Positions 1 to 8,829 of a stretch of DNA of 32,000 nt are shown here, in pieces; the first letter of the stretch is position 1, and the number at the start of each line of letters is the position of its first letter. The stretch is from Bacillus subtilis subsp. subtilis str. 168 (GTDB lineage: Bacteria; Bacillota; Bacilli; Bacillales; Bacillaceae): positions 480,001-512,000 of the forward strand of contig NC_000964.3 in the NCBI RefSeq assembly GCF_000009045.1, given 5' to 3'. Under the pieces are notes generated by a model. That model saw only the letters and a program-made list of their open reading frames with translations, ran no database searches and was not told the origin of the DNA. Position numbers and translations under genes: made by a program.

Positions 1-12
1 GGAAGCTTTTTA

Positions 13-864
13 ATGAAAATATCATTCAGTGAATCACAAAAATTATTTGCTTATTTTTCAGGGCTCATCGCGGCCCTGTCTTTGTTTATTTATTATGTGT
101 CAGCCCAGCAATCAGAAGGTGCTCTGATCCTTTGCATCACATTTGGCGTCATCGCCGCAGGCATCTGGTTCGGCCCGATTTACGCGCTGGCAGTGACCTT
201 AATCGTACTCTTTGTTCTCGGCACCTTAATGATGTTTTTCCAGACTGGACAGACATCGCTCTTTCCGGCTGAGGAAGGGCTGCGAATGCTTGTCGTGTGG
301 GGAATCGCGCTTTTGCTGTTTTCTTTTATTTCTGGAAGAATCCACGATATTACAGCAGAGCTTCGGCGCTCAATGACACGGCTTCAATCCGAAATTAAAA
401 GCTATGTTGCTGTTGACAGAGTGACTGGTTTTGATAACAAGCAAAGGATGAAGCTGGAACTTTCAGAAGAAATCAAGCGGGCGGAGCGCTACGGCAATTC
501 TTTTGTGTTTTTGCTGCTCCATATGCATTATTTCAAAGAGTTTAAGTCTTTGTACGGTGAAAAAGAAACGGACCGCCTCTTCCAATATGTCGGTCAGCAA
601 ATCAGGACAAGCGTTCGGGAAACGGATAAGAAATTCCGTCCCTCTGACGAGCGTATCGGGATCGTGCTGACGCACACGCCTGCTGAACATATGCCGGCCG
701 TTCTGACTAAGCTGAAGAAACAATTGGATACATATCAGCTGGAAAATGGAAAGTATGTGTCGCTTACGTTCCACGTTTGCTATTTGCCCTACCGCAACGA
801 TATCCAAACAGCTGATCAATTTTTAGAAGAACTGGAAAACGAGATGATGATGAATGAACTATAA
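13..864 (+). CDS. ydaK: Membrane-anchored degenerate GGDEF-domain protein, the c-di-GMP receptor of the ydaJKLMN exopolysaccharide operon
   Basis: 283-aa ORF. The N-terminal ~110 aa form about 4 hydrophobic helices. In the C-terminal GGDEF fold the catalytic motif is replaced by SDERI, and an RxxD I-site (RETD) sits five residues upstream. The stop overlaps the next ORF by 11 nt. Recognised as B. subtilis YdaK. Confidence 0.9.
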   Translation: MKISFSESQKLFAYFSGLIAALSLFIYYVSAQQSEGALILCITFGVIAAGIWFGPIYALAVTLIVLFVLGTLMMFFQTGQTSLFPAEEGLRMLVVWGIALLLFSFISGRIHDITAELRRSMTRLQSEIKSYVAVDRVTGFDNKQRMKLELSEEIKRAERYGNSFVFLLLHMHYFKEFKSLYGEKETDRLFQYVGQQIRTSVRETDKKFRPSDERIGIVLTHTPAEHMPAVLTKLKKQLDTYQLENGKYVSLTFHVCYLPYRNDIQTADQFLEELENEMMMNEL

Positions 865-2584
865 AGGAATCACATTGCTATGCGTCATGATGCTTCTATT
901 TTCAGCTATTGCGTCTTTTCCCGTTTCTGCGCAAGCGAAAGATCAGGATGCCGGCATTCTCATCATCTACTCAACCTTGGACGGCAAAGAGTCGTCACAA
1001 GTCAAAATGCTCGATTTGCTTGCGGGCCACTTTACATCCCATGTGACAGTCAAAAAAGATTCAGACGTTGAAGCGTCGGATTTCAAAGGGAAAGACCATG
1101 TGATTTATTACGGCCAAACGAAAAGAAAGCTCAGCCAAAAATTGCTGTCTCTTATCAGCGGCGTGAAAAAACCGGTTGTCGCCATTGGCTATAACGCAGG
1201 CCAAATCAGCCAATTTTCTGGGCTTTCATTAGCCCGCAAAGAAAATGTGTTTCAGGTTCACAGCAGGTCAGAAAAGGCCGATGTGTCTCTGGAAAGCGGG
1301 CTTAACGTGCTGAGTGTATCAGGCCTGAAAGGAACGGCGCTTTACACCTTCAAAGCGGATGAAGGCACAACGCATTCTTTTATATGGAAAACAAAAAAAG
1401 GGAATGTGTACATTGGATTAACAAATTTGTTAAATGACAATTTGATCGTGGCGAAACAGCTCAGAGAAGCTTTCGGAGAGAAGGCGGGGACGACGTTATT
1501 GTATTTGCGTCTCGAGGATATCAGCCCGATGTCTGATGAAAAACTGCTGCTTCAAGCCGGTACATACCTGCATAAGCGGCATATTCCTTTTATCCTGGCG
1601 GTCATTCCGGTTTACTTGAATCCGGAAACAGGCGACAAAGTGTATTTGTCTAATCAACCGAAGATGGTCAAGGTGCTGAAGAAGCTGCAAAGCATGGGCG
1701 GCAGTATCATAGTTCACGGCTATACTCACGCTTATCGCTACAGTGAAACAGGAGAGGGATTTGAATTTTGGGATGCAAAGGCGGATCAGCCGATTACATC
1801 CGGAAATGCCGAAGACCCCCCGTCCATTTTGGAGAAAGAACAGGACTTCCCGAACGAACAAGCCTATCACAGCTATCTTGAACCATTTCGGGAAAAGGAA
1901 GAAACGTATACAAAACAAAAACTGACGCGTGCCATTGAGGATTTGACATCATCGGGTCTTTACCCGCTGGCGTTTGAAGCGCCGCATTACACGATGTCCG
2001 AATATGGCTATCAAATCGCCTCGCAGTATTTTACAAGCATTTTCGGCCAGGTCCAGCTCAGCAGCACAACATGGAAAACATCCGGTGCACCTCCGTTTGT
2101 GACTGCTCCTTCGATGCTGCACGGAATGACGCTTTATCCGGAAACGATCGGCTTTGTCGACACATCGAAGCAAAACCCGCTCGGTGAGATGGAGGAGCAT
2201 ATCTCCCAGATGATTGATTTTGAAGGCGGAGTAGCCGGAGGATTTTATCACCCGTACCTTGGGATGAAATATCTGCCTGAGCTGGTTGATCAGATGGAAC
2301 GCATTCCAGACAGTGAATGGCTTGATTTAAAGAAAACGAAACAAACCGTCAAAACAGACAAAGTGGAAATTCATACAAGCGGTGACGGAACGATTCAGGT
2401 GAAAAACGGCGTAAGCCCCATTTACGAGTTTTTCGATCATCACCGGCAAACCCCTCTGGAAAAGGCGTTATGGATTCTCTCCGCTGTTGTGCTCTTATTT
2501 GTCATCATGTTTGTCAGTTATACGTTTTACTTGAGAGCCACATTGAAAAAACGAATTTTTAAGGAGAGAAGAAGCCTTGGGTAA
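854..2584 (+). CDS. ydaL: Secreted/membrane-anchored polysaccharide-deacetylase-like protein (DUF2334 family) of the EPS operon
   Basis: 576-aa ORF. N-terminal signal-like segment LLCVMMLLFSAIASFPVSAQA and a C-terminal TM helix (ALWILSAVVLLFVIMFVSYTFYL). Contains an HGYTHAY metal-site-like motif. Translationally coupled on both sides. Family assignment is from memory. Confidence 0.85.
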   Translation: MNYKGITLLCVMMLLFSAIASFPVSAQAKDQDAGILIIYSTLDGKESSQVKMLDLLAGHFTSHVTVKKDSDVEASDFKGKDHVIYYGQTKRKLSQKLLSLISGVKKPVVAIGYNAGQISQFSGLSLARKENVFQVHSRSEKADVSLESGLNVLSVSGLKGTALYTFKADEGTTHSFIWKTKKGNVYIGLTNLLNDNLIVAKQLREAFGEKAGTTLLYLRLEDISPMSDEKLLLQAGTYLHKRHIPFILAVIPVYLNPETGDKVYLSNQPKMVKVLKKLQSMGGSIIVHGYTHAYRYSETGEGFEFWDAKADQPITSGNAEDPPSILEKEQDFPNEQAYHSYLEPFREKEETYTKQKLTRAIEDLTSSGLYPLAFEAPHYTMSEYGYQIASQYFTSIFGQVQLSSTTWKTSGAPPFVTAPSMLHGMTLYPETIGFVDTSKQNPLGEMEEHISQMIDFEGGVAGGFYHPYLGMKYLPELVDQMERIPDSEWLDLKKTKQTVKTDKVEIHTSGDGTIQVKNGVSPIYEFFDHHRQTPLEKALWILSAVVLLFVIMFVSYTFYLRATLKKRIFKERRSLG

Positions 2585-3839
2585 TACGCTGTTCTTTATC
2601 TCGCTAAGTTTAATATGGGTTATGCTTCTCTACCACATGTTCCTCATGCAGGGCGGGTTTCGCCACTATATGACCTTCGAACGGAATATCCCGAAGTGGA
2701 GAGAAAATATGAAGGAACTGCCGAAGGTCAGCGTCCTCATCCCGGCGCATAACGAAGAGGTTGTGATTCGGCAGACGCTGAAGGCCATGGTCAACCTTTA
2801 TTATCCGAAGGACCGGCTGGAGATTATCGTCGTTAATGATAATTCATCAGACCGGACGGGTGATATCGTCAATGAATTTTCCGAGAAATACGATTTCATC
2901 AAAATGGTGATTACGAAGCCGCCAAATGCAGGAAAAGGAAAATCCTCTGCACTTAACTCGGGTTTTGCCGAATCGAACGGCGATGTGATCTGTGTGTATG
3001 ACGCCGACAACACGCCTGAGAAAATGGCCGTGTATTACCTCGTGCTCGGCCTGATGAATGACGAAAAGGCAGGCGCCGTGGTAGGGAAATTCCGCGTCAT
3101 CAATGCGGCAAAGACGCTGCTGACGAGGTTTATTAATATCGAAACGATCTGTTTTCAGTGGATGGCCCAGGGAGGCAGATGGAAGTGGTTCAAAATCGCC
3201 ACGATCCCAGGCACCAACTTCGCGATCCGCAGAAGCATTATCGAAAAGCTCGGAGGCTGGGATGACAAAGCGCTCGCTGAGGATACTGAGCTGACCATCC
3301 GGGTATATAATCTCGGCTATCACATCCGCTTTTTCCCTGCCGCCATCACGTGGGAGCAGGAACCGGAAACATGGAAGGTATGGTGGCGCCAGCGCACCCG
3401 ATGGGCGCGCGGCAATCAATATGTCGTGCTCAAATTTTTGGCGCAGTTTTTTAAGCTGAAACGAAAACGGATTATCTTTGATTTGTTTTATTTTTTCTTT
3501 ACGTACTTCCTGTTTTTCTTTGGCGTGATCATGTCAAATGCGATTTTTGTAGTGAATTTGTTTTATGATTTGCATTTGTCTGTTGGATTTTTGGCAATGA
3601 TTCTCTGGATTTTGGCGTTTTTCTTATTTATGACAGAGGTCATGATTACGTTGAGCATTGAAAAAACAGAAATGAACAAGCAAAACTTTTTTATCGTATT
3701 TCTCATGTACTTCACATACTCGCAGGCATGGATTGTGCTTGTTATCTACTCTTTATTCGTAGAAATCAAGCACCGTTTATTCAAGCAAGAGGTCAAATGG
3801 TACAAGACAGAACGATACAATCAACATAAAAGCGGGTGA
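2577..3839 (+). CDS. ydaM: Family-2 processive beta-glycosyltransferase (PgaC/IcaA/BcsA-like synthase)
   Basis: 420-aa ORF with a TTG start 8 nt after AGGAGAG. GT2 signature set: IPAHNEE, VVNDNSSD, VYDADN (DxD), AEDTEL, and QRTRW (the QxxRW processivity motif). An N-terminal TM helix and a C-terminal cluster of 3-4 TM helices. Confidence 0.9.
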   Translation: MGNTLFFISLSLIWVMLLYHMFLMQGGFRHYMTFERNIPKWRENMKELPKVSVLIPAHNEEVVIRQTLKAMVNLYYPKDRLEIIVVNDNSSDRTGDIVNEFSEKYDFIKMVITKPPNAGKGKSSALNSGFAESNGDVICVYDADNTPEKMAVYYLVLGLMNDEKAGAVVGKFRVINAAKTLLTRFINIETICFQWMAQGGRWKWFKIATIPGTNFAIRRSIIEKLGGWDDKALAEDTELTIRVYNLGYHIRFFPAAITWEQEPETWKVWWRQRTRWARGNQYVVLKFLAQFFKLKRKRIIFDLFYFFFTYFLFFFGVIMSNAIFVVNLFYDLHLSVGFLAMILWILAFFLFMTEVMITLSIEKTEMNKQNFFIVFLMYFTYSQAWIVLVIYSLFVEIKHRLFKQEVKWYKTERYNQHKSG

Positions 3840-3844
3840 CCTTT

Positions 3845-5956
3845 TTGAAACAAATAATGATTTTTCTCACAAGCTTCATGCTGCTGGCGATGACTGGACA
3901 AACGGCTCTTGCCAAAGACGTACAGGTCAGCGGTTCGCTCCTTGGGAAAAGCAGCCAAGAACAAGCCAAACAGCAGGTGCTGACAAGCGAGCTGATTACA
4001 CTGTATGGATCAAAAGACAGCGCAGAGCTGACGTATCAGATCCCGGCAGGCGCCTCTTCGGGCAATCAGCAATTGGTAATCGAATACGAGGCATCAAATC
4101 TTTTAATTTCTCCATCATCGTTAACGGTTGTCATTGATGATGAACCGGTCAAGACGTTAAAGCTTGATGGTGATTCCAAACGGAAAACAGTGAAGCTGAA
4201 TCTGAATAAAAGCCAGTCTGCGCAAGGCTATCACAACGTATCGCTGAAATTCTACGGCGTAATGAAAGAGGGCGTGTGCGTCAGACAGGATACATCAGGC
4301 AACTGGATCAAAATTTATCCGGACAGCCGGCTGACACTTGCTGACAGCAGTGAAGCGAAGGGAACGTCGCTGGACCATTATCCGTATCCTTTCGCCCAAT
4401 CTGGAAATACAGCGGAAGAAACAGCTATCGTCATTCCGGATAACCCAAGTTCAGCAGAAATAGAAGCTGCTGTTAAAACAGAAGGCTATTTGAAAACGGT
4501 GGACAGCAGTGTCAGTATTGCGTATGTCACGGAATCTGAACTGAAAAAAATCGATAAGCCGACGATTGTTATCGGCGTGGACAAGCATTGGAACGGCAAA
4601 GTGAAAAAACTGTTGAAACAAGCCGGGCTACAGGCAAAAGGAGAAAACCTTCTGCTTGCGGAGCGGGTGCTGAAAGCAGAGGGCAAACAGCAGCCGGTTC
4701 TGTTTGCGCAAGCGGCGTCCGAGGACGCGCTCACAAAAAAAATCAGCGTGATGACAGATCAGACATATACAGGCCAGCTCAGCGGCGATACACTTTCAAT
4801 CAGCAAGCTTCAGCAGACTGAAAAAAAAGAAAGCGATAAGCTGACCCTTGAGAATTTTGGAGCGGGTGATATCACAATTGGAGCCGACAAAACATCTTCA
4901 GCACATTATTTTTATCCGGCTTCGGCTGTTTTAGATGAAAACCAATCGGCGAAGCTGTCGCTTAAACTGAAAAAGTCTGAAACGATTCAAGCCTCAACGG
5001 CTGAAAACGAGTCAGCCTCTCAGGCTGCAGAACTGAAAGTGATGATCAACGGCCAGCCGCACTCGGTCCGGCTTGATGAATTAGGAAAAGAAGATAAAAA
5101 CGGATTCTATCATGTCACAGTGAAAGTGGACCCTAAGCTGCTGCAAAAAAACCGCTACATTGATATTCAGTTCGTCACGACCGGTTTAAAGGAAAACAAC
5201 CCTTGTAACACCACTGATGAAGAAAAGTGGGTTTTTATCGATAAAAACAGTACATTATCATACGCCATCAAAGGCATGTCCCCGTCAGCGGATTTTCAAG
5301 AGTGGCCGCTGCCTTACGCCGGAAACCAGGATCAAACAACGTTAATCGTGCTTCCTGACACCGTAAGCCAATCGAAGCTAGAGGAGCTTTCTCTCGTAAC
5401 AGAATCCTTTGGCAACGAAGCACAGCATTCATATACGGTAAAGAAATCATCTGACGTTACAGCAAATGATGCGAAAGGACGAAACCTCATTTTCATAGGA
5501 GGGATCAATCAATTTTCTCTTCTGAAGGAGAAATCATCAGATCTGCTTGTGCCGCAGGAAAAGAACGGCTCGTTTGATGTATCTAGTTTCGAGATGCTGA
5601 ATGAGACGACAAAACAAGTGGTATTTACCCAAGCATCGGTTTGGGATTCACGCTATACAATGGCTGTCTTTGCACCGTCAAAAGGAGATGGCACGGCTGT
5701 CACAAAAGAGATCATCAGTTATCTGAACAGCAACGATGAGTCGGCAACCGTCCTTAATGAAACAAACAGCCAGCAGGTGTTTACAAACCACCAGCAGCTC
5801 AAATCGGAAACAAACAGTTCCGATGCAGAACAACCAACACAGGATCATAGCCAGAAATGGATGTATATTGGTGTGCTGGCACTCATTATGGTGGTTGCGG
5901 CAGTGTTCATTTGGATTGCCGTAAGACGCAAAAAAAGAAAGACAGATACAGAATAA
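3845..5956 (+). CDS. ydaN: Large extracytoplasmic BcsB-like accessory subunit of the EPS synthase, with a C-terminal TM anchor
   Basis: Long ORF. Signal peptide IMIFLTSFMLLAMTGQTALA/KD and a C-terminal TM helix (WMYIGVLALIMVVAAVFIWIAV) followed by RRKKRK. I place the start at TTG 3845 (703 aa, as I recall for YdaN). The in-frame GTG 3836, which overlaps the ydaM stop, is an alternative. Confidence 0.85.
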   Translation: MKQIMIFLTSFMLLAMTGQTALAKDVQVSGSLLGKSSQEQAKQQVLTSELITLYGSKDSAELTYQIPAGASSGNQQLVIEYEASNLLISPSSLTVVIDDEPVKTLKLDGDSKRKTVKLNLNKSQSAQGYHNVSLKFYGVMKEGVCVRQDTSGNWIKIYPDSRLTLADSSEAKGTSLDHYPYPFAQSGNTAEETAIVIPDNPSSAEIEAAVKTEGYLKTVDSSVSIAYVTESELKKIDKPTIVIGVDKHWNGKVKKLLKQAGLQAKGENLLLAERVLKAEGKQQPVLFAQAASEDALTKKISVMTDQTYTGQLSGDTLSISKLQQTEKKESDKLTLENFGAGDITIGADKTSSAHYFYPASAVLDENQSAKLSLKLKKSETIQASTAENESASQAAELKVMINGQPHSVRLDELGKEDKNGFYHVTVKVDPKLLQKNRYIDIQFVTTGLKENNPCNTTDEEKWVFIDKNSTLSYAIKGMSPSADFQEWPLPYAGNQDQTTLIVLPDTVSQSKLEELSLVTESFGNEAQHSYTVKKSSDVTANDAKGRNLIFIGGINQFSLLKEKSSDLLVPQEKNGSFDVSSFEMLNETTKQVVFTQASVWDSRYTMAVFAPSKGDGTAVTKEIISYLNSNDESATVLNETNSQQVFTNHQQLKSETNSSDAEQPTQDHSQKWMYIGVLALIMVVAAVFIWIAVRRKKRKTDTE

Positions 5957-5957
5957 A

Positions 5958-5987
5958 ACAGAGGCGATTTTAGCCTCTGTTTTTTTA
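5958..5987 (+). terminator. Intrinsic terminator of the ydaJKLMN operon
   Basis: Stem acagaggc (5958-5965) pairs with gcctctgt (5973-5980) across a 7-nt loop, followed by T7. Confidence 0.85.
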
Positions 5988-6054
5988 TTTTTGGTAAGTA
6001 AATTCCATTTGTGGAACCTGTCATTTTATTTTTTTCTCTCAGCCAATAAGCCTC

Positions 6055-6083
6055 TTTACAACGTGCGGGAACGGGAGTATGAT
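6055..6083 (+). promoter_or_regulatory. Sigma-A type promoter for the riboswitch-kimA transcript
   Basis: TTTACA (6055-6060), 17-nt spacer, TATGAT (6078-6083). Sits about 15 nt upstream of the first conserved riboswitch nucleotides. Confidence 0.6.
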
Positions 6084-6097
6084 CTCTTTTAGAAAAC

Positions 6098-6236
6098 AAA
6101 TCGCTTAATCTGAAATCAGAGCGGGGGACCCAATAGAACGGCTTTTTGCCGTTGGGGTGAATCCTTTTTAGGTAGGGCTAACTCTCATATGCCCGAATCC
6201 GTCAGCTAACCTCGTAAGCGTTCGTGAGAGGAGATG
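6098..6236 (+). promoter_or_regulatory. ydaO-class cyclic-di-AMP riboswitch aptamer
   Basis: Matches the remembered B. subtilis ydaO motif: AAUCGCUUAAUCUGAAAUCAGAGCGGGGGACCCA ... GGGGUGAAUCC ... CCCGAAUCCGUCAGCUAACCUCGUAAGCG ... . Shows the internal hairpins tctga/tcaga and aacggc/gccgtt and the pseudo-twofold repeat of the ACCC/GAAUCC elements. Located upstream of kimA, as expected. Confidence 0.9.
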
Positions 6237-6262
6237 AATGAAACCTGTGTTCGATGTTATGG

Positions 6263-6294
6263 CACAGGGGCATCCGTTTGCCTCTGTGTTTTTT
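6263..6294 (+). terminator. Riboswitch expression-platform terminator
   Basis: 10-bp stem (6263-6272 with 6279-6288, one G-U pair), 6-nt loop, then T6. Lies 138 nt upstream of the kimA ATG. Confidence 0.85.
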
Positions 6295-6431
6295 GTTGTT
6301 CATTTTTGAATGCAAATCGCATACAGAGACATCATAGCAGAAAGGACTATCATCAACATGTGAGAGCAAGACACTGATGGATGTTTTATTGTTTTAATTG
6401 AAAAATGAGAAATTAAAAGGGGAAGACATCG

Positions 6432-8255
6432 ATGTATCATTCAATCAAACGTTTTTTGATTGGGAAACCACTAAAATCCCAAGCAGCTGGAGAGCAAAAA
6501 CTGACGAAATTAAAAGCCTTGGCTATGCTTTCCTCAGATGCGCTGTCATCTGTCGCATATGGGACAGAACAAATTCTAATCATTTTGGCAACAATCAGTG
6601 CAGCCGCATTTTGGTACTCCATTCCGATTGCGGTTGGCGTTCTCATCTTGCTGCTCGCACTGATTCTTTCATACAGGCAAATTATTTACGCTTATCCGCA
6701 GGGCGGCGGGGCGTATATCGTTTCTAAAGAAAATCTCGGTGAAAAACCGGGATTGATTGCGGGCGGTTCATTGCTTGTTGATTATATTTTAACAGTAGCG
6801 GTAAGTATTTCCGCAGGCACGGATGCCATCACGTCAGCCTTTCCTGCATTGCATGATTATCATGTGCCGATCGCTATTTTTCTCGTGTTAGTGATTATGA
6901 TTTTGAACCTGCGCGGGCTTTCGGAATCAGCATCCATACTTGCCTACCCGGTTTATCTGTTTGTGGTGGCGCTTTTGGTTCTCATTGCAGTCGGGTTGTT
7001 TAAACTTATGACAGGACAAATAGACCAGCCAGCCCATCATACATCGCTCGGCACACCTGTAGCCGGCATTACGCTATTTTTGCTGCTTAAGGCTTTTTCC
7101 TCCGGATGCTCAGCGTTGACCGGGGTTGAGGCCATTTCTAATGCGATTCCTGCATTCAAAAACCCGCCTGCGCGAAACGCGGCAAGAACGCTTGCGATGA
7201 TGGGGATTTTGCTGGCGATTCTGTTTTCCGGCATCACGGTTCTCGCGTACGGGTATGGTACGGCGCCGAAACCTGATGAAACAGTGGTTTCACAAATTGC
7301 GTCCGAAACCTTTGGGCGGAATGTGTTCTACTATGTCATCCAAGGTGTCACATCGCTTATTTTGGTTCTTGCGGCAAATACGGGATTCTCAGCCTTCCCG
7401 CAGCTTGCCTTCAACCTGGCGAGAGACCAGTATATGCCGCGAATGTTTACAGTCAGGGGCGACCGCTTAGGCTTCTCAAATGGGATTATCTTTTTAGGCT
7501 TTGCCTCCATTGTTCTCATTATCTTATTCGGGGGACAGACGGAGCACTTAATCCCGTTATATGCTGTGGGCGTATTTATTCCATTTACGCTTTCACAAAC
7601 CGGCATGTGCATGAAATGGATCAAGCAAAAACCAAAAGGCTGGATCGGAAAAATGCTGATCAACTCCTGCGGCGCTCTGATATCATTTATGGTTCTATCC
7701 ATTCTGTTTGTGACGAAGTTTAATGTCGTATGGCCTGTGTTAATCTTTATGCCTATCGTCGTTTTGCTGTTTTTTGCGATTAAAAATCACTATACTGCGG
7801 TTGGTGAACAGCTTCGCATCGTAGACAAAGAGCCGGAAGAAATCAAAGGCACCGTTGTGATTGTGCCTGTGGCCGGTGTCACCACCGTCGTGCAAAAATC
7901 GATTCACTATGCGAAATCACTGTCCGATCAGGTGATCGCCGTTCACGTGTCATTTGACAGAGAACAGGAAAAGAAATTCGAAAAACGTTGGGAAGAGCTT
8001 AATAACGGAGTGCGTCTCGTGACGCTTCACTCCTCTTACAGAAGCCTTGTCCATCCGTTTGATAAGTTTTTGGAAACAGTTGAGGCAAAAGCGAAGAAGG
8101 AGCAGTTTTCCGTTATGGTGCTGTTTCCGCAATTTATAACGAAAAAACGCTGGCACACCATCCTTCACAACCAATCGGCCTTCCTCCTCAGAGTCCGGCT
8201 GTTCTGGAAAAAGGACATAATGGTTGCCACACTGCCGTATCATTTTAAAAAGTAA
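6432..8255 (+). CDS. kimA: High-affinity K+/H+ symporter KimA (APC superfamily, formerly YdaO)
   Basis: 607-aa ORF with an SD AAAAGGGGAAG before the ATG. About 12 TM helices followed by a ~150-aa cytoplasmic C-terminal domain. Sequence recognised, and it sits directly behind the c-di-AMP riboswitch. Confidence 0.92.
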   Translation: MYHSIKRFLIGKPLKSQAAGEQKLTKLKALAMLSSDALSSVAYGTEQILIILATISAAAFWYSIPIAVGVLILLLALILSYRQIIYAYPQGGGAYIVSKENLGEKPGLIAGGSLLVDYILTVAVSISAGTDAITSAFPALHDYHVPIAIFLVLVIMILNLRGLSESASILAYPVYLFVVALLVLIAVGLFKLMTGQIDQPAHHTSLGTPVAGITLFLLLKAFSSGCSALTGVEAISNAIPAFKNPPARNAARTLAMMGILLAILFSGITVLAYGYGTAPKPDETVVSQIASETFGRNVFYYVIQGVTSLILVLAANTGFSAFPQLAFNLARDQYMPRMFTVRGDRLGFSNGIIFLGFASIVLIILFGGQTEHLIPLYAVGVFIPFTLSQTGMCMKWIKQKPKGWIGKMLINSCGALISFMVLSILFVTKFNVVWPVLIFMPIVVLLFFAIKNHYTAVGEQLRIVDKEPEEIKGTVVIVPVAGVTTVVQKSIHYAKSLSDQVIAVHVSFDREQEKKFEKRWEELNNGVRLVTLHSSYRSLVHPFDKFLETVEAKAKKEQFSVMVLFPQFITKKRWHTILHNQSAFLLRVRLFWKKDIMVATLPYHFKK

Positions 8256-8262
8256 AGCTCTA

Positions 8263-8291
8263 GGACCAAGGGAATCACCTTGGTCCTTTTT
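8263..8291 (+). terminator. Hairpin terminator after kimA, with a short U-tract
   Basis: Perfect 10-bp stem aggaccaagg (8263-8272) with ccttggtcct (8278-8287), 5-nt loop, then only 4-5 T. Confidence 0.75.
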
Positions 8292-8313
8292 AGCGGGAAA
8301 AGGAGGTATGGGG

Positions 8314-8763
8314 GTGTATACACAAGGTGCTTTTGTGATCGTATTGAACGAAAGTCAGCAAATTCTGCTGGTGAAACGAAAAGATGTCCCTCTATGGGAT
8401 TTGCCGGGCGGCAGGGTTGATCCCGGGGAATCGGCTGAGGAAGCGGCAGTGCGGGAGATATTGGAAGAAACGGGATACAATGCAGCGCTTTCTGCGAAAA
8501 TAGGTGTTTACCAAAGGCCAAAGTTTCAAGATGAACAGCATCTGTTTTTCGGAAGCATTACAGGCGGACAAGCAATGGCTGACGGCACAGAGACAGCGGG
8601 ATTAAAGTGGGTTTCCCCGGGGCGTTTGCCGCTTTTTATGGTGCCGAATCGAAAAAGGCAGATCAATGATTTCAAGAACGGCGCTCAAGATGTAAATGTC
8701 ACCGTCAAGGATAGCGGGTTGCTCGCGGCGATCGACCTGTTGAAAAGAAGACTGGGCAAGTGA
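8314..8763 (+). CDS. mutT: Nudix hydrolase (MutT/8-oxo-dGTPase family)
   Basis: Nudix box [23 protein letters not shown]. Start placed at GTG 8314, 7 nt after AGGAGG (8301-8306), giving 149 aa. The longer ORF-track start (8224) overlaps kimA and the terminator. ATG 8308 is only 1 nt from the SD. Confidence 0.85.
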   Translation: MYTQGAFVIVLNESQQILLVKRKDVPLWDLPGGRVDPGESAEEAAVREILEETGYNAALSAKIGVYQRPKFQDEQHLFFGSITGGQAMADGTETAGLKWVSPGRLPLFMVPNRKRQINDFKNGAQDVNVTVKDSGLLAAIDLLKRRLGK

Positions 8764-8776
8764 TTCAGGTCTCCGG

Positions 8777-8802
8777 GTTTTAAAGCCTTTCTCCTGTGGT
8801 AT
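8777..8802 (+). promoter_or_regulatory. Sigma-B type promoter of ydaP
   Basis: GTTTTA (8777-8782), 14-nt spacer, TGGTAT (8797-8802), compared with the consensus GTTTAA-N12-15-GGGTAT. ydaP is a known member of the general stress regulon. Confidence 0.55.
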
Positions 8803-8829
8803 TGAAAAAAGGAAAAAGGAGGATACGTT

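Noticed and set aside
1-13. Possible 3' end of the upstream gene ydaJ, with a TAA at 11-13 overlapping the ydaK ATG as TAATG
   Set aside because: Only about 4 codons are visible, so there is no way to support a feature call. It is mentioned only because the TAATG overlap fits the translational coupling seen in the rest of the operon.
463-3419. Antisense or alternate-frame ORFs inside ydaK, ydaL and ydaM (463..819-, 880..1071+, 1496..1918-, 1743..1925+, 1949..2251-, 2801..3013-, 2847..3419-)
   Set aside because: They lie entirely within well-supported genes, have no SD sequences, and their composition (Arg/Cys/His-rich, low complexity) is typical of out-of-frame translation. The same reasoning applies to the many similar ORFs nested in ydaN, kimA, ydaP, mntH, ydbD, dctB, dctS, dctR, dctP, ydbI, ydbJ, ydbL, ydbM (including 25656..26267-, 203 aa), ydbO, ydbP, ddl, murF and cshA.
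5845-6099. 84-aa minus-strand ORF across the ydaN terminator and the kimA promoter
   Set aside because: It spans a terminator hairpin and a promoter, has no SD, and overlaps the ydaN 3' end. It is almost certainly non-coding.
6398-6727. 109-aa ORF starting 34 nt upstream of kimA in another frame
   Set aside because: It is out of frame with the well-supported kimA ORF. The AAAAGGGGAAG SD is positioned for ATG 6432, not for 6398.
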